Positions 41,149 to 50,262 of a DNA stretch of 64,000 bases are shown in pieces. Every line of letters starts with the position of its first letter. Positions within the stretch are counted from its first letter, which is position 1. The DNA lies in the NCBI GenBank assembly GCA_043747615.1, contig JAYTOU010000003.1:185544-249543 (forward strand), in the 5' to 3' direction. This stretch comes from Myxococcales bacterium (GTDB taxonomy: Bacteria; Myxococcota_A; Polyangia; Polyangiales; Polyangiaceae). A program made the translations under genes and the position numbers. Under the pieces are notes generated by a model, which saw only the letters and a program-made list of their open reading frames with translations, did no database searches and was not told the origin of the DNA.

Positions 41149-42479
41149 CGGAACGGGGTCTCGGCAATGATCGGCGAGCCAGCAAACAGAGCCGGCTTGT
41201 GCGCCGCAGCACGAATCAAAGCCCCCCACGCGACGTTTCCGATCACCTTGGAGGTCAGGAGATCCTCGGCGATTTCCCGTGCGCGATCCCGAAGGTGCTC
41301 CTGGCCCTGGGTTTGACCGATGTCCCACATGGCCGCGGCAGCGAGGCCGCGAAGCTCTTCTTTTTTCGACGACGTCGCCGTCTCCAGCAATGCGTCGCGG
41401 AGATCGTCGCGCCCGTGATCGCGCGCCAGGTAGAGAGCCGCGCGAACGGAGATGTCGTCACCGAGCGGCGGAGATTTCACGAGTCCTTCGAGCATGGGCT
41501 TGGCGACCGCTGCCCGGGCACGCGCCATGCGGAAGAGAAACGTCGTGTCGCGATCGGCGCTCGGTCGGTCGGACAGGCGAGCCACAAGCTCCACCGTCGG
41601 CCGCGTGTGCGGAGTATCGAGCACCGCGCCGTTACGCGTGGCAACGGACTTTGCCATCGTCTCGGAGAGCGCCCAGTGGACGAGGGACCACGCTGCCCTT
41701 GCGCTCGTCGGACCTTGGTTCGCCTTGGCGCTCGCCTCTTCGCTCGGTCCTGTGTCGCCCGCTTTGGTAGCGACCTCGGCGAGAACGAGCCAGCGTCCGA
41801 GGTGACGTTCTGCGCCGCGAAGCACATTGAGGGCAGGCGCCATCGCGCGGGGCACCGGTGCACTGCGCGCGAGAGGAACGAAGAGCTCGACGCACAGAGA
41901 AATGCGGTGACTCTCTTTGATCATCGGAGCGAGCGCCGCGAGGTGCGCGCCGTTCGACTCCGAACGTGCGACCCGTGCCGTCTCGGCGCTGAACGCCAAG
42001 TGCGATTGCCGGCTTGCGGCGAGCTTTGCCAAGACGGGCCCCATCGATGGGTCTTTCGAAAAGCACGCTGCGCTCAGGGCCGCAGAGCCGCCAGCTTCGT
42101 CGCTCGAGAGCGCACTCTTCAAGAGCGCTCGAGAGTGTTTTTCGTCGGTCTCTGCGAGCGCGCGCAGCGAGCCCATGTAGAGCTCACGCGTGTACGAGCC
42201 GCGCCTGAGCATGACCGCGAGCATTTCGCCCATCGCGCCGCGCAGATGTGGACTGAGAGGGGCGATAGCTCGCAGTGCGCCGGCGAGCTTTGCTTCGTAT
42301 ACGGGCCTCCGCTTCAGCGCTCCGTCGAGCTCCTCCTCGAAGCGCTCACGGGTAGCCTTATCCATGATCTCCGCGCGCGCGAGCTGCGGCCGGCGGGCGA
42401 GAACCCTGGGGTTCGGGCCGCTTTGAGGACTCTGTGCGCTCGGCACACTCCTCGGAGTCTGAAGTACTTCCTTGACCAC
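41121..42479 (-). CDS. HEAT/ARM-like helical repeat protein
   Basis: Ala/Leu-rich helices, SVRAALYLAR, ELRGLAAAAMWD; GGGAGG RBS before GTG. Confidence 0.65.
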   Translation of the reverse strand: MVKEVLQTPRSVPSAQSPQSGPNPRVLARRPQLARAEIMDKATRERFEEELDGALKRRPVYEAKLAGALRAIAPLSPHLRGAMGEMLAVMLRRGSYTRELYMGSLRALAETDEKHSRALLKSALSSDEAGGSAALSAACFSKDPSMGPVLAKLAASRQSHLAFSAETARVARSESNGAHLAALAPMIKESHRISLCVELFVPLARSAPVPRAMAPALNVLRGAERHLGRWLVLAEVATKAGDTGPSEEASAKANQGPTSARAAWSLVHWALSETMAKSVATRNGAVLDTPHTRPTVELVARLSDRPSADRDTTFLFRMARARAAVAKPMLEGLVKSPPLGDDISVRAALYLARDHGRDDLRDALLETATSSKKEELRGLAAAAMWDIGQTQGQEHLRDRAREIAEDLLTSKVIGNVAWGALIRAAAHKPALFAGSPIIAETPFRWIQWGWLE

Positions 42480-42490
42480 GTGCCTCCCTA

Positions 42491-42548
42491 CAGGACTATC
42501 AACGCGCTCAAAAGCCGCGCAGGACTATCAACGCGCTCAAAAGCCGCG
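42491..42548. repeat. Perfect 29-bp tandem duplication
   Basis: CAGGACTATCAACGCGCTCAAAAGCCGCG x2, then a degenerate start CGGGCTAT. Confidence 0.95.
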
Positions 42549-42664
42549 CGGGCTATTCGACGTGGTCGTGCGCGACCCCTAACCAACACCATCACCATAC
42601 CAGACCCTCGGTAATGGACGACGAAGAAGTGGTGACGAGCTCGAGGATGCGCCGAGCTCACTTC

Positions 42665-45600
42665 TCAGACGCGATCGACCCAGATGATGATGCTCTCGCC
42701 ATCGACCTCGAACTCGCGCCCGACGCTGGCGCCCGTTCCGCTGGTCACGCTCGCGGCGAGAACCTCCTTGCCGAGCTCAGCGCCGTAGGCCGCGACGATT
42801 CTCCCCACCCGCTCGCTCCCACTCACGACGAGCGTGATGCGATCGGTGTATTCGAGCTCCATCTCTTTACGTGTTGTCTGCACGCGATTCTGCAGCTCGC
42901 GAGCGAAGCCCAGATCGCGAAGCTCGTCGTCAAGCGTCGTCTCAAGGACCACGGCGCCGATCTTACCGCCTGCCGCTGCGAAGCCTTCCTTCGTCGAGAA
43001 CGCAACCTCTACGTCTTCCACGTTGAGCGTCACTCCAGAGATTACGACCGATCCGGTCTTCATGAGCTCGGTGTGGAAGGCCGCCGCATCTTCCGGCGAC
43101 ACGTCGGTCATCGCTTTTTTCAGCATCTGCGCTTCTTTCCCAAGGCCACGCTGCCCGAGCGTCCGGAAGTTCGGCTTGAGCTTGTATTCGACATATGCGC
43201 GCGCGTTCTCGGCGGGGACGATATCCACCTCGAGGACATTGAGCTCCTCCCGAATCATCTCGGCGTGGTTGCGGAGGCTTTCCTGTACGGCGACGTCGCT
43301 CACCACGACGTGCACGGTGCGGAGCGGTTGGCGAACCTTCATCTTGGCCTGCGTTCGAACCTGGAGCCCGAGGCTCACTACTTCCCGCACCCAGGCCATC
43401 TTGGCGATGAGATCCAGATCGATCGATCGAGGCGCGTCGACGCCCGCCTGTTCCGGAGAGGCTTCCGGATAACGTGTAAGATGCACGCTTTCCAGAGCCG
43501 CCACTCCCGCTCGCTTCGCCGGACCGACGACGAGGTTCTGATACATCGTCTCTGCCATGAACGGCGTGAACGGGGCCATCAGGGTGGAGAGCGTCACCAG
43601 CGAGTCGTAAAGTACGGCGTAGGCACTCCGCTTGTCTTCGTCCCAGCCCGACTTCCAGAAACGATCGCGACTACGCCGGACGTACCAGTTAGAGAGCGCG
43701 TCCACGAAATCGGCGATCCACTTGGTGGCCTCGTAGATGTCGTACTGATCGAGCGCTGCCGTGACCTTGCTGGTCGTGTGCCCGAGGAGCGCGAGGAGCC
43801 AACGATCGAGCTCGCTGCGCTTCTCCGGCATTCCAACGTGCGGCTCGAAGCTGTCGATGTTCGCGTAGATCGTGAAGAACGAATACACGTTCCGTAATTT
43901 GATGAGCGTCTCTTTTTGGAGCGCGCGCACGTTCGAGAGCGAGTGGCGGGTCGCGTTCCACGGCGGGTTCGACGCATAAAAGAACCAGCGAAACGCGTCG
44001 GCGCCGGGCGCGGGCGAATTCGGATCTTCGAGGACGACGCGCTCATTCACCGCGAGCCAGGGCACCTCTACGGGCTTCACGTCCGGCCTCTTCGTCGGGA
44101 CCACGCCAAGAGCAGCGCGATCGTCTTCGTGGACGACGATCACCCGACGCTTCATCTTCTTTCCGGGGACGACGACGGCGTCCACCGTGGCCGAGGACGT
44201 CGGATGACGGAGGCGAACCTTCGCCCCCTCGAGGAGATCGAGCCCTTCGAGATCTTCGCGTGCGATGAGCACCGTGCCGGCCTTCGCGACCATCCCTGGT
44301 GCGTCCTTCGGGTCGAGGACGGCGAATTCCATCTTCACCGCGTCGAGGATCACGTCCGGCGGCGTGTAGTTACCCTTGGACTTGCTCTCCTTCTTTCCCT
44401 CTTTGTCGGAAACGTGGCCGAGCACGACGCAGGTCTTGAACGGGTACGGGTATTCCACCGGGCCGATTCCGAGCCGCTTCTGGCACTCCTCGTCGAAGAC
44501 GAGCGTGGACACCATGAGGAGCGTGTAGAACCACCCGCGGGTCTGGTCGATCGCCTCGGAGATGAAGTCCGCCGGGAAGCTCTTCTTGAACTCTGCCTCG
44601 CCTTGGTGCGGGTAGCCCCATTGGGCGAACGGCATGCATCCCGAGTCGAACCAGCCATCGATGACCTCCGGCACGCGGCGGTATACGCCCTTCTCGCCCG
44701 CGTTTTCCCAGGTCACTGCGTCGATCCACGGTTTGTGAACGATGAGATGTGGATTGAGCGTGGGATCTTTTTTTCGGGCCGCTTCGAAGTGATCGAAGGC
44801 CTTGGGGTTCTTCTTCAGGATCTCGTCGACGGAGGACGGCGCTTCGATATTTCCGGTGACGTCGTTGATCCAGATGTTGAGCGGTGTTCCCCAGTAGCGT
44901 TCACGCGAGAGCGCCCAGTCCACGTTGTTTGCGAGAAAATCACCGAAGCGTCCGTCCTTGATGTGCGGGGGGAGCCAGTTGATCTCTTGATTGTTGGCAA
45001 TGGCGCCTTGGATTTTTTCCGTCGTGCGAATGTACCAGGCGGGGCGCGCGTACTGGATGAGCGGATCCTGATCGGAGCGCCAACAGAACGGATAGTCGTG
45101 ACGGTACTGCTCCGCGAGCACGAGGAGACCACGAGACTTGAGCTCCTCCTGGATCTCTTTGTCGCAGTCCTTCACCCAGCGCCCGGCGTACGTCGCCATT
45201 TCCGGAATGAACGTTCCGTCCGGTTTCACGGCATTGAAGAGCGGAATCTCGTGGCCGGCCTTCTTCTCCTGCTGTTTATGCGCTTGAAAGTCGTCCTCGC
45301 CGAACGCGGGCGCGATGTGGACGATGCCGGTGCCCGAGTCGAGTGTGACGAACTCCGCGTCGATGACGGTCCACACGGGCGACGGCGCACCCAGCTTGCG
45401 AAAGTGCCAGTCAGGCACTTCGTATTTCTTGCCGAGGAGCTCGCTGCCCTTCATCTCGCGTTCGATGACGAGCTCCGTCTTGAGCTTCTTTTCCAGGGCT
45501 TCGCGGAGCTCTTTGGCGACGATCAACTTTCTCGGTCGGCCTTCGACACGCACGCTCACGTAGTCGAAAGTCGATCTCACCGCAGCGTACATGTTCGAAG

Positions 45601-46303
45601 GGAGGGTCCACGGCGTCGTCGTCCACACGAGGAGCGCGGTCGTGGGATCGTCGGTCAGCGGAAACTCGACGTACACGCTGGGGTCGTCGACCTGCTTGTA
45701 GCCGAGACCGACCTCGCCGGCGCTGAGTGCCGTGCCGCCCTGCGCCCACCACCACACGACTTTGTGACCCCTGTAGAGGAGGCCCTTCTTCACGAGCTCT
45801 GAGAGCGCCCACCAGACGCTCTCGACGTAGCTCTTATGATAGGTGACGTACGCTTCTTTGAGATCGACCCAGAAGCCGACGCGCTCGGTGAGCTTCTCCC
45901 ACTCGTCGGTATATCGAAAGACGGATTCGATGCACTTTGCAATGAACGGCTCCACGCCGTAGGCCACGATGGCTTCCTTGCCGTGGATGCGGAGCTCTTT
46001 CTCCACCTCGACCTCTACGGGGAGGCCGTGCGTGTCCCAGCCTGCTTTTCGCGGCACTTGGTAGCCGCGCATCGTCTTGTAACGGGGGAAGAGATCTTTG
46101 ATAACGCGGGTGAGAACGTGACCATTGTGCGGGAGGCCATTGGCGGTCGGCGGTCCTTCGTAGAAGACGAAAGTCTCCGCGCCTGCGCGCGCCTTTAAGG
46201 ACTGCTCGAAAATTTTCTTCTCCTTCCAGAGCGCGAGGACCTCTCGCTCTTCCTTGGGGAAGTTCAGTTCCGAGGAGACTTTCGCAAACACCGGCAGGGC
46301 CAT
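42665..46303 (-). CDS. ileS: Isoleucine--tRNA ligase, type 2 (IleRS2)
   Basis: FYEGPPTANG, GWDTHGLP, WTTTPWTLP, GTGIVHIAPAFG, DWALSRERYWGTP, DQTRGWFY, KVRQPL; IleRS2-type C-terminus with no zinc finger. Confidence 0.96.
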   Translation of the reverse strand: MALPVFAKVSSELNFPKEEREVLALWKEKKIFEQSLKARAGAETFVFYEGPPTANGLPHNGHVLTRVIKDLFPRYKTMRGYQVPRKAGWDTHGLPVEVEVEKELRIHGKEAIVAYGVEPFIAKCIESVFRYTDEWEKLTERVGFWVDLKEAYVTYHKSYVESVWWALSELVKKGLLYRGHKVVWWWAQGGTALSAGEVGLGYKQVDDPSVYVEFPLTDDPTTALLVWTTTPWTLPSNMYAAVRSTFDYVSVRVEGRPRKLIVAKELREALEKKLKTELVIEREMKGSELLGKKYEVPDWHFRKLGAPSPVWTVIDAEFVTLDSGTGIVHIAPAFGEDDFQAHKQQEKKAGHEIPLFNAVKPDGTFIPEMATYAGRWVKDCDKEIQEELKSRGLLVLAEQYRHDYPFCWRSDQDPLIQYARPAWYIRTTEKIQGAIANNQEINWLPPHIKDGRFGDFLANNVDWALSRERYWGTPLNIWINDVTGNIEAPSSVDEILKKNPKAFDHFEAARKKDPTLNPHLIVHKPWIDAVTWENAGEKGVYRRVPEVIDGWFDSGCMPFAQWGYPHQGEAEFKKSFPADFISEAIDQTRGWFYTLLMVSTLVFDEECQKRLGIGPVEYPYPFKTCVVLGHVSDKEGKKESKSKGNYTPPDVILDAVKMEFAVLDPKDAPGMVAKAGTVLIAREDLEGLDLLEGAKVRLRHPTSSATVDAVVVPGKKMKRRVIVVHEDDRAALGVVPTKRPDVKPVEVPWLAVNERVVLEDPNSPAPGADAFRWFFYASNPPWNATRHSLSNVRALQKETLIKLRNVYSFFTIYANIDSFEPHVGMPEKRSELDRWLLALLGHTTSKVTAALDQYDIYEATKWIADFVDALSNWYVRRSRDRFWKSGWDEDKRSAYAVLYDSLVTLSTLMAPFTPFMAETMYQNLVVGPAKRAGVAALESVHLTRYPEASPEQAGVDAPRSIDLDLIAKMAWVREVVSLGLQVRTQAKMKVRQPLRTVHVVVSDVAVQESLRNHAEMIREELNVLEVDIVPAENARAYVEYKLKPNFRTLGQRGLGKEAQMLKKAMTDVSPEDAAAFHTELMKTGSVVISGVTLNVEDVEVAFSTKEGFAAAGGKIGAVVLETTLDDELRDLGFARELQNRVQTTRKEMELEYTDRITLVVSGSERVGRIVAAYGAELGKEVLAASVTSGTGASVGREFEVDGESIIIWVDRV

Positions 46304-46352
46304 GGGGGGAGGCAGCTTACTGTTTTCTGCCGCCAAATCAGCAGGCGTTTCC

Positions 46353-46775
46353 TCAGATCTCGTAACCCGGCTGAAGACATGCATCGAGCACGCGATCGGG
46401 CATCCGCCGCAGCTGCCCTTCGGCAAACGAAACGCACGCGAGACGAACGCTACCGTCGAAAAGAATTGCGCCAGCGCGCTGAATTTGCGCTCCGTACCAC
46501 ATGCTCGCGCGGGTGACGGAGGCGACCCAGGTCTCCACGGTCAAGACATCGTCGAAGCGCGCCGCGGCACGGTAGCGGAGCTTGGCCTCTACCACCGGAA
46601 GCCCCAGACCGGTCTCTTCTTCGAAGAGCCGGTAGTCGAGCCCTCCCGCGCGCCAGAACTCTACGCGCGCCCCTTCTAGGAACCGGAAGTACGCGGCGTG
46701 ATGGACGACCCGAGCGGTGTCGGTGTCTTGGTAGGCGACGCGAACGCTGTGGGTGTGCCGTCGCGATACGAACAT
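46353..46775 (-). CDS. Hot-dog thioesterase (YbgC/4HBT family)
   Basis: VAYQDTD...VVHHAAYFRFLEGAR; LRY..AARFDDVL. Confidence 0.88.
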   Translation of the reverse strand: MFVSRRHTHSVRVAYQDTDTARVVHHAAYFRFLEGARVEFWRAGGLDYRLFEEETGLGLPVVEAKLRYRAAARFDDVLTVETWVASVTRASMWYGAQIQRAGAILFDGSVRLACVSFAEGQLRRMPDRVLDACLQPGYEI

Positions 46776-46784
46776 CTGTCTGGG

Positions 46785-47051
46785 TTACGCGCTCTTCAAG
46801 CGCTCTTGGCTGGCAGCGCCATCGAGCTTGGATTTGACGAGGTCGAACGACTTGGTGAGCGTCGAGACTTCCTGGAGCTCATCGTCTTCGATCTTGATGC
46901 GGTACTGACGCTCGATCGCGGCAACGATCTCCACACCCATCATCGAGTCGATTCCCAGATCCTTGAAATGGGTGTCGTCGGGGATCGTGTCGACCTCTGC
47001 GATTTCAGAGATCAGCGAGCGGAGGTCTTCTTTCAGCGTCGATTGCGGCAT
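46785..47051 (-). CDS. Acyl carrier protein (ACP1)
   Basis: DLGIDSMMGVEI phosphopantetheine site; GGAG RBS. Confidence 0.9.
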   Translation of the reverse strand: MPQSTLKEDLRSLISEIAEVDTIPDDTHFKDLGIDSMMGVEIVAAIERQYRIKIEDDELQEVSTLTKSFDLVKSKLDGAASQERLKSA

Positions 47052-47064
47052 GATTTCTCCTTTG

Positions 47065-47925
47065 CTACTCGGCGGCGGGCAGCGCCGTTGCACCGCTCGT
47101 CTTCGTTTCAACGCGCTCAGCCGCGCCTGCTTGGCGCTCGGCGTAGGCCGCTGCTTGGAGCTCCTGCCGGGTGACGCCGAGGTATTTCAAGACGGGAAAG
47201 AACACTTTTTGAAGGAAGACACCTCGGTCGACCTTTCCTTCTTCGCGCATCACCTTCACGCGATCCTCGTAGTCGGGGACGATGCCAACGCCTGGCATCT
47301 CGAAGTGCTTTGCCACGTGCCCGATGTCCCGCAGCGTCCCCTCACGATCCTCTTCGAGGAGAACTTTAACGACGTCTTCGTAAAATCGGCAGTGGGCGAT
47401 CTCGTCCCTCGCGTTGAGGCGGAAGATCGTGGCGAGGCACTCGTCGCCCATCTCTTTGGAGCGCTGCTCTTGCTTCACGTAGATGACGAAGGTGGCCATC
47501 TCCTGGAAGCAGCCGTAAATCGTCATCTGCCGCGCGTCGTTGAAGGGAAGATTCCACTCCATCTCCATCAGCTTGCTCTGCAGGGAGAACATGTGGTCCT
47601 CGCTGCGACGGCCGGAACGGAGCAAATATTCCATGAGGGCGACGGAGTGCTTCGACTCTTCGTAGGCCCAGTTGGCGGAGAACCAGGCTTGACCGAAGTA
47701 AGGGCGAACGATGTTGATGCCCTTCGATACGTAGTCGGGGAGAAAGCTCTCCACGCAACAGAACGTCTCGGCGACCGTGATGAGGGACTCGGGAGCGTCC
47801 TTGTTGATCTTGTCGTACGGGACGTCGCGGAGCGGGTTCCAGCGCCGCTCCTGCTCCGCCTTGTCGAAGAACGTTTTGTACATTTCGTACAGACGCGCTT
47901 GCTTCGCCGTATCGACCAGACTCAT
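47065..47925 (-). CDS. Soluble di-iron acyl-ACP desaturase-like protein
   Basis: VESFLPDY, WAYEESKH, FQEMAT, RDEIAH (two ExxH motifs), FEMPG. Confidence 0.85.
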   Translation of the reverse strand: MSLVDTAKQARLYEMYKTFFDKAEQERRWNPLRDVPYDKINKDAPESLITVAETFCCVESFLPDYVSKGINIVRPYFGQAWFSANWAYEESKHSVALMEYLLRSGRRSEDHMFSLQSKLMEMEWNLPFNDARQMTIYGCFQEMATFVIYVKQEQRSKEMGDECLATIFRLNARDEIAHCRFYEDVVKVLLEEDREGTLRDIGHVAKHFEMPGVGIVPDYEDRVKVMREEGKVDRGVFLQKVFFPVLKYLGVTRQELQAAAYAERQAGAAERVETKTSGATALPAAE

Positions 47926-48170
47926 GAGACGCTCTGTCGCTTCTCGACGAGCTCGAGCAGGTCGTGGACGGTTGAAATGCCGGCGAGCGACTCGTCCGGA
48001 ATTTGAATTTTTAGTTGCCGCTCCATCGCTCCGACGATCTCCAGCATCCCCAAGCTATCGATACCGAGCTCGCTGATGACGGTAGCCTCGGCGATGTTCG
48101 GAAACTCACGCTCGACGATCTCCGTCGCGGTTTTCTTGAATAGCTCTAGGAGCTGCACCCGGTTCGACAT
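47922..48170 (-). CDS. Acyl carrier protein (ACP2)
   Basis: ELGIDSLGMLEI; GGAGAAGGA RBS; ATGA overlap with the desaturase. Confidence 0.9.
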   Translation of the reverse strand: MSNRVQLLELFKKTATEIVEREFPNIAEATVISELGIDSLGMLEIVGAMERQLKIQIPDESLAGISTVHDLLELVEKRQSVS

Positions 48171-48288
48171 GTCCTTCTCCTTCAACACCTTCTCGCCGCA
48201 TTTTTCCAGAAAAACGCGGGTACAGATCCTTTGAGTCTGCGAACGTTTCGACGCACCTGCGTAGCCGTCTTTGCGGCCGGTTGGCCTG

Positions 48289-50085
48289 TCAGGGCACCTG
48301 TTCGTGGTCGTGATCGCGTCGGGTGGCGGACACGCCGTCATCCGATTCTCCGTTGCTGGTACTCCCCTCGCCGTCATGCACACTCCGTGCGCGGGGCAGT
48401 GTGCCGTCCAGGAACATCTGTTTCGTCTGACGCCGTCGGGGCTTTCCGCTCGACGTGCGGGGGAGCATGCCTTGGGGGACGAGCTCCACTTTGTAAACGG
48501 AGAGACCGAGCTGGGCGCTCACACATGCGTTGATCGCGTCGGTCAGCGTAGCGGCATCGCTTTGCGCAGCCTCGGCGCAGACAACGAGGTGCTCTTCGCC
48601 GCCGACCTCGATCCCGAACGCAACCACGTTGCCTCGCCGGACGCCGGGCAGCTCGCTCACCGCCCACTCGATGTCCTGAGGGTAGAAGTTACGACCTCGG
48701 ATGATGATGATGTCTTTCAGCCGCCCGCAAATGTAGAGCTCGCCATCTGCCAGATAGCCGAGGTCGCCGGTGTGCAGCCAGCCGTTCTTGAATGCCTCGC
48801 GGGTGAGCTCCGGCTCGAGGTAATAGCCCGGCGAGATGCTCGGTCCCCGCGCGATGATCTGGCCGATTTTACGGTCGCCCAACTTGTTCTCGGCTTCGTC
48901 GATGATGGCGATCTCGTGACCGGGGAATGCCTTGCCGCAGCAGACGATTTCTTGCGCGCCGGGCGCGTCAGCCGGGACCGACTTCGGCTCTCCCCCCTGC
49001 ACGGAATTTCCGTCGACGGTGTCGGCGCGAAGGCCGGTAAAGTGCGGGACGAACGTGACCGCCAGCGTACCTTCGGCCATCCCATACGAGGGAAGGAACG
49101 CTTTCGGATTGAACTTCGCCATAGCGAGTTTTGCCGCGAAGTCGCGGAGTGTCCTCGACTGGATCGGCTCGGCGCCGCATCCGGCGATACGAACGCAGGA
49201 CAGGTCGAGGTCGACCATGTCCTTGTCCTTGATGCGTTTGGTGACCAGCGCGTAGGCAAAATTCGGAGCGTAGGTGATCGTCCCGCGGTACCTGTGGAGG
49301 GCATCGAGCCAGATGCGCGGCGCGCGAACGAAGCTGGCGGTGGGGAGAAACACCACCGGGATGTTCGTGAAAAGTGGGCCGATCACGAAGCCGATGAGAC
49401 CCATGTCGTGAAAGAGCGGGAGCCAGCTGACTCCCCTGTCGAACGACGAATCTTTGCCGAGCCCGTGCACCATGAACGCTTCGCTGTTCGCGGCTAGGTT
49501 CGCGTGCGTGACGATGACGCCCTTCGGACGCGACGTGCTTCCTGACGTGAACTGGAGGAACGCCATGTCCTCGGGGCTCACGGTGACATGGAGCGATCCG
49601 GGCGCCGGGGGCGCGAGATCATCGACCGTGAGGAGCGACGTGAGCGTATCGACCTTGGCGAGTACCGGCTCGACGAACGGGCGCGTGGTGGGCGTCGTGA
49701 GGAGCGCCGAGGCTCCGGAAGCGCGCGCGATGTGCGCTACCGTTTCGTGGTAAGCGTCCACGTTTTTGAAGGACAATTGCGGGTAAATCGGTACGGGAAC
49801 AACGCCCGCAAAGATCGCTCCGAGGAAGGACAAGACGAACTCGTCGCCATCGGGAATGACAATCGCGAGACGATCGCCCTTCTTCATCCCGCGCGCCTGC
49901 AAGTGAGCTCCGCGACGCGTAGCCTCTTCGCAGATCATCGCGAACGAGCACATGCGCTCGCTGCCGTCTGGTTTGACGAAGACGAAGCCGCGCTCGTGGT
50001 CGTGCGCAAGCTGCTTTACCGCTTCGACCAGAGTCGGCGCGACGAAGCGCGGGCGGTAGGATGTTCCGTCTTCCGGTAGCTGCAT
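48289..50085 (-). CDS. Fatty acyl-AMP ligase (FAAL)
   Basis: AFLQFTSGSTSRPKG, SWLPLFHDMGLIG, APNFAY, PSYGMAE, TGDLG, GRLKDIII.RGRNFYPQDIE, LPRTSSGK. Confidence 0.92.
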   Translation of the reverse strand: MQLPEDGTSYRPRFVAPTLVEAVKQLAHDHERGFVFVKPDGSERMCSFAMICEEATRRGAHLQARGMKKGDRLAIVIPDGDEFVLSFLGAIFAGVVPVPIYPQLSFKNVDAYHETVAHIARASGASALLTTPTTRPFVEPVLAKVDTLTSLLTVDDLAPPAPGSLHVTVSPEDMAFLQFTSGSTSRPKGVIVTHANLAANSEAFMVHGLGKDSSFDRGVSWLPLFHDMGLIGFVIGPLFTNIPVVFLPTASFVRAPRIWLDALHRYRGTITYAPNFAYALVTKRIKDKDMVDLDLSCVRIAGCGAEPIQSRTLRDFAAKLAMAKFNPKAFLPSYGMAEGTLAVTFVPHFTGLRADTVDGNSVQGGEPKSVPADAPGAQEIVCCGKAFPGHEIAIIDEAENKLGDRKIGQIIARGPSISPGYYLEPELTREAFKNGWLHTGDLGYLADGELYICGRLKDIIIIRGRNFYPQDIEWAVSELPGVRRGNVVAFGIEVGGEEHLVVCAEAAQSDAATLTDAINACVSAQLGLSVYKVELVPQGMLPRTSSGKPRRRQTKQMFLDGTLPRARSVHDGEGSTSNGESDDGVSATRRDHDHEQVP

Positions 50086-50262
50086 GGTGGGCTCGTCGCT
50101 GAGGCGCGAAGCAGGCGGCACTTACCGCTTGGGGCACGCGCACGCAAGTGAGGATCTACTCGTTAAGACCGGGTATTTTCGTACGCGCGCGAACTCGACT
50201 ACGCATCAAATTTTCAGTGCATCCGATTGCTCGGCTCCAGGCTTCGGCGCTATAGACCGGCA

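Noticed and set aside
42491..42548. 29-bp repeat as a CRISPR array
   Set aside because: The copies are contiguous with no spacer, and there are no cas genes in the window.
40827..45802. Long plus-strand ORFs 40827..42614, 42614..43897 and 43916..45802
   Set aside because: They are antisense to the HEAT-like gene and ileS, Arg-rich, and have no recognisable domains.
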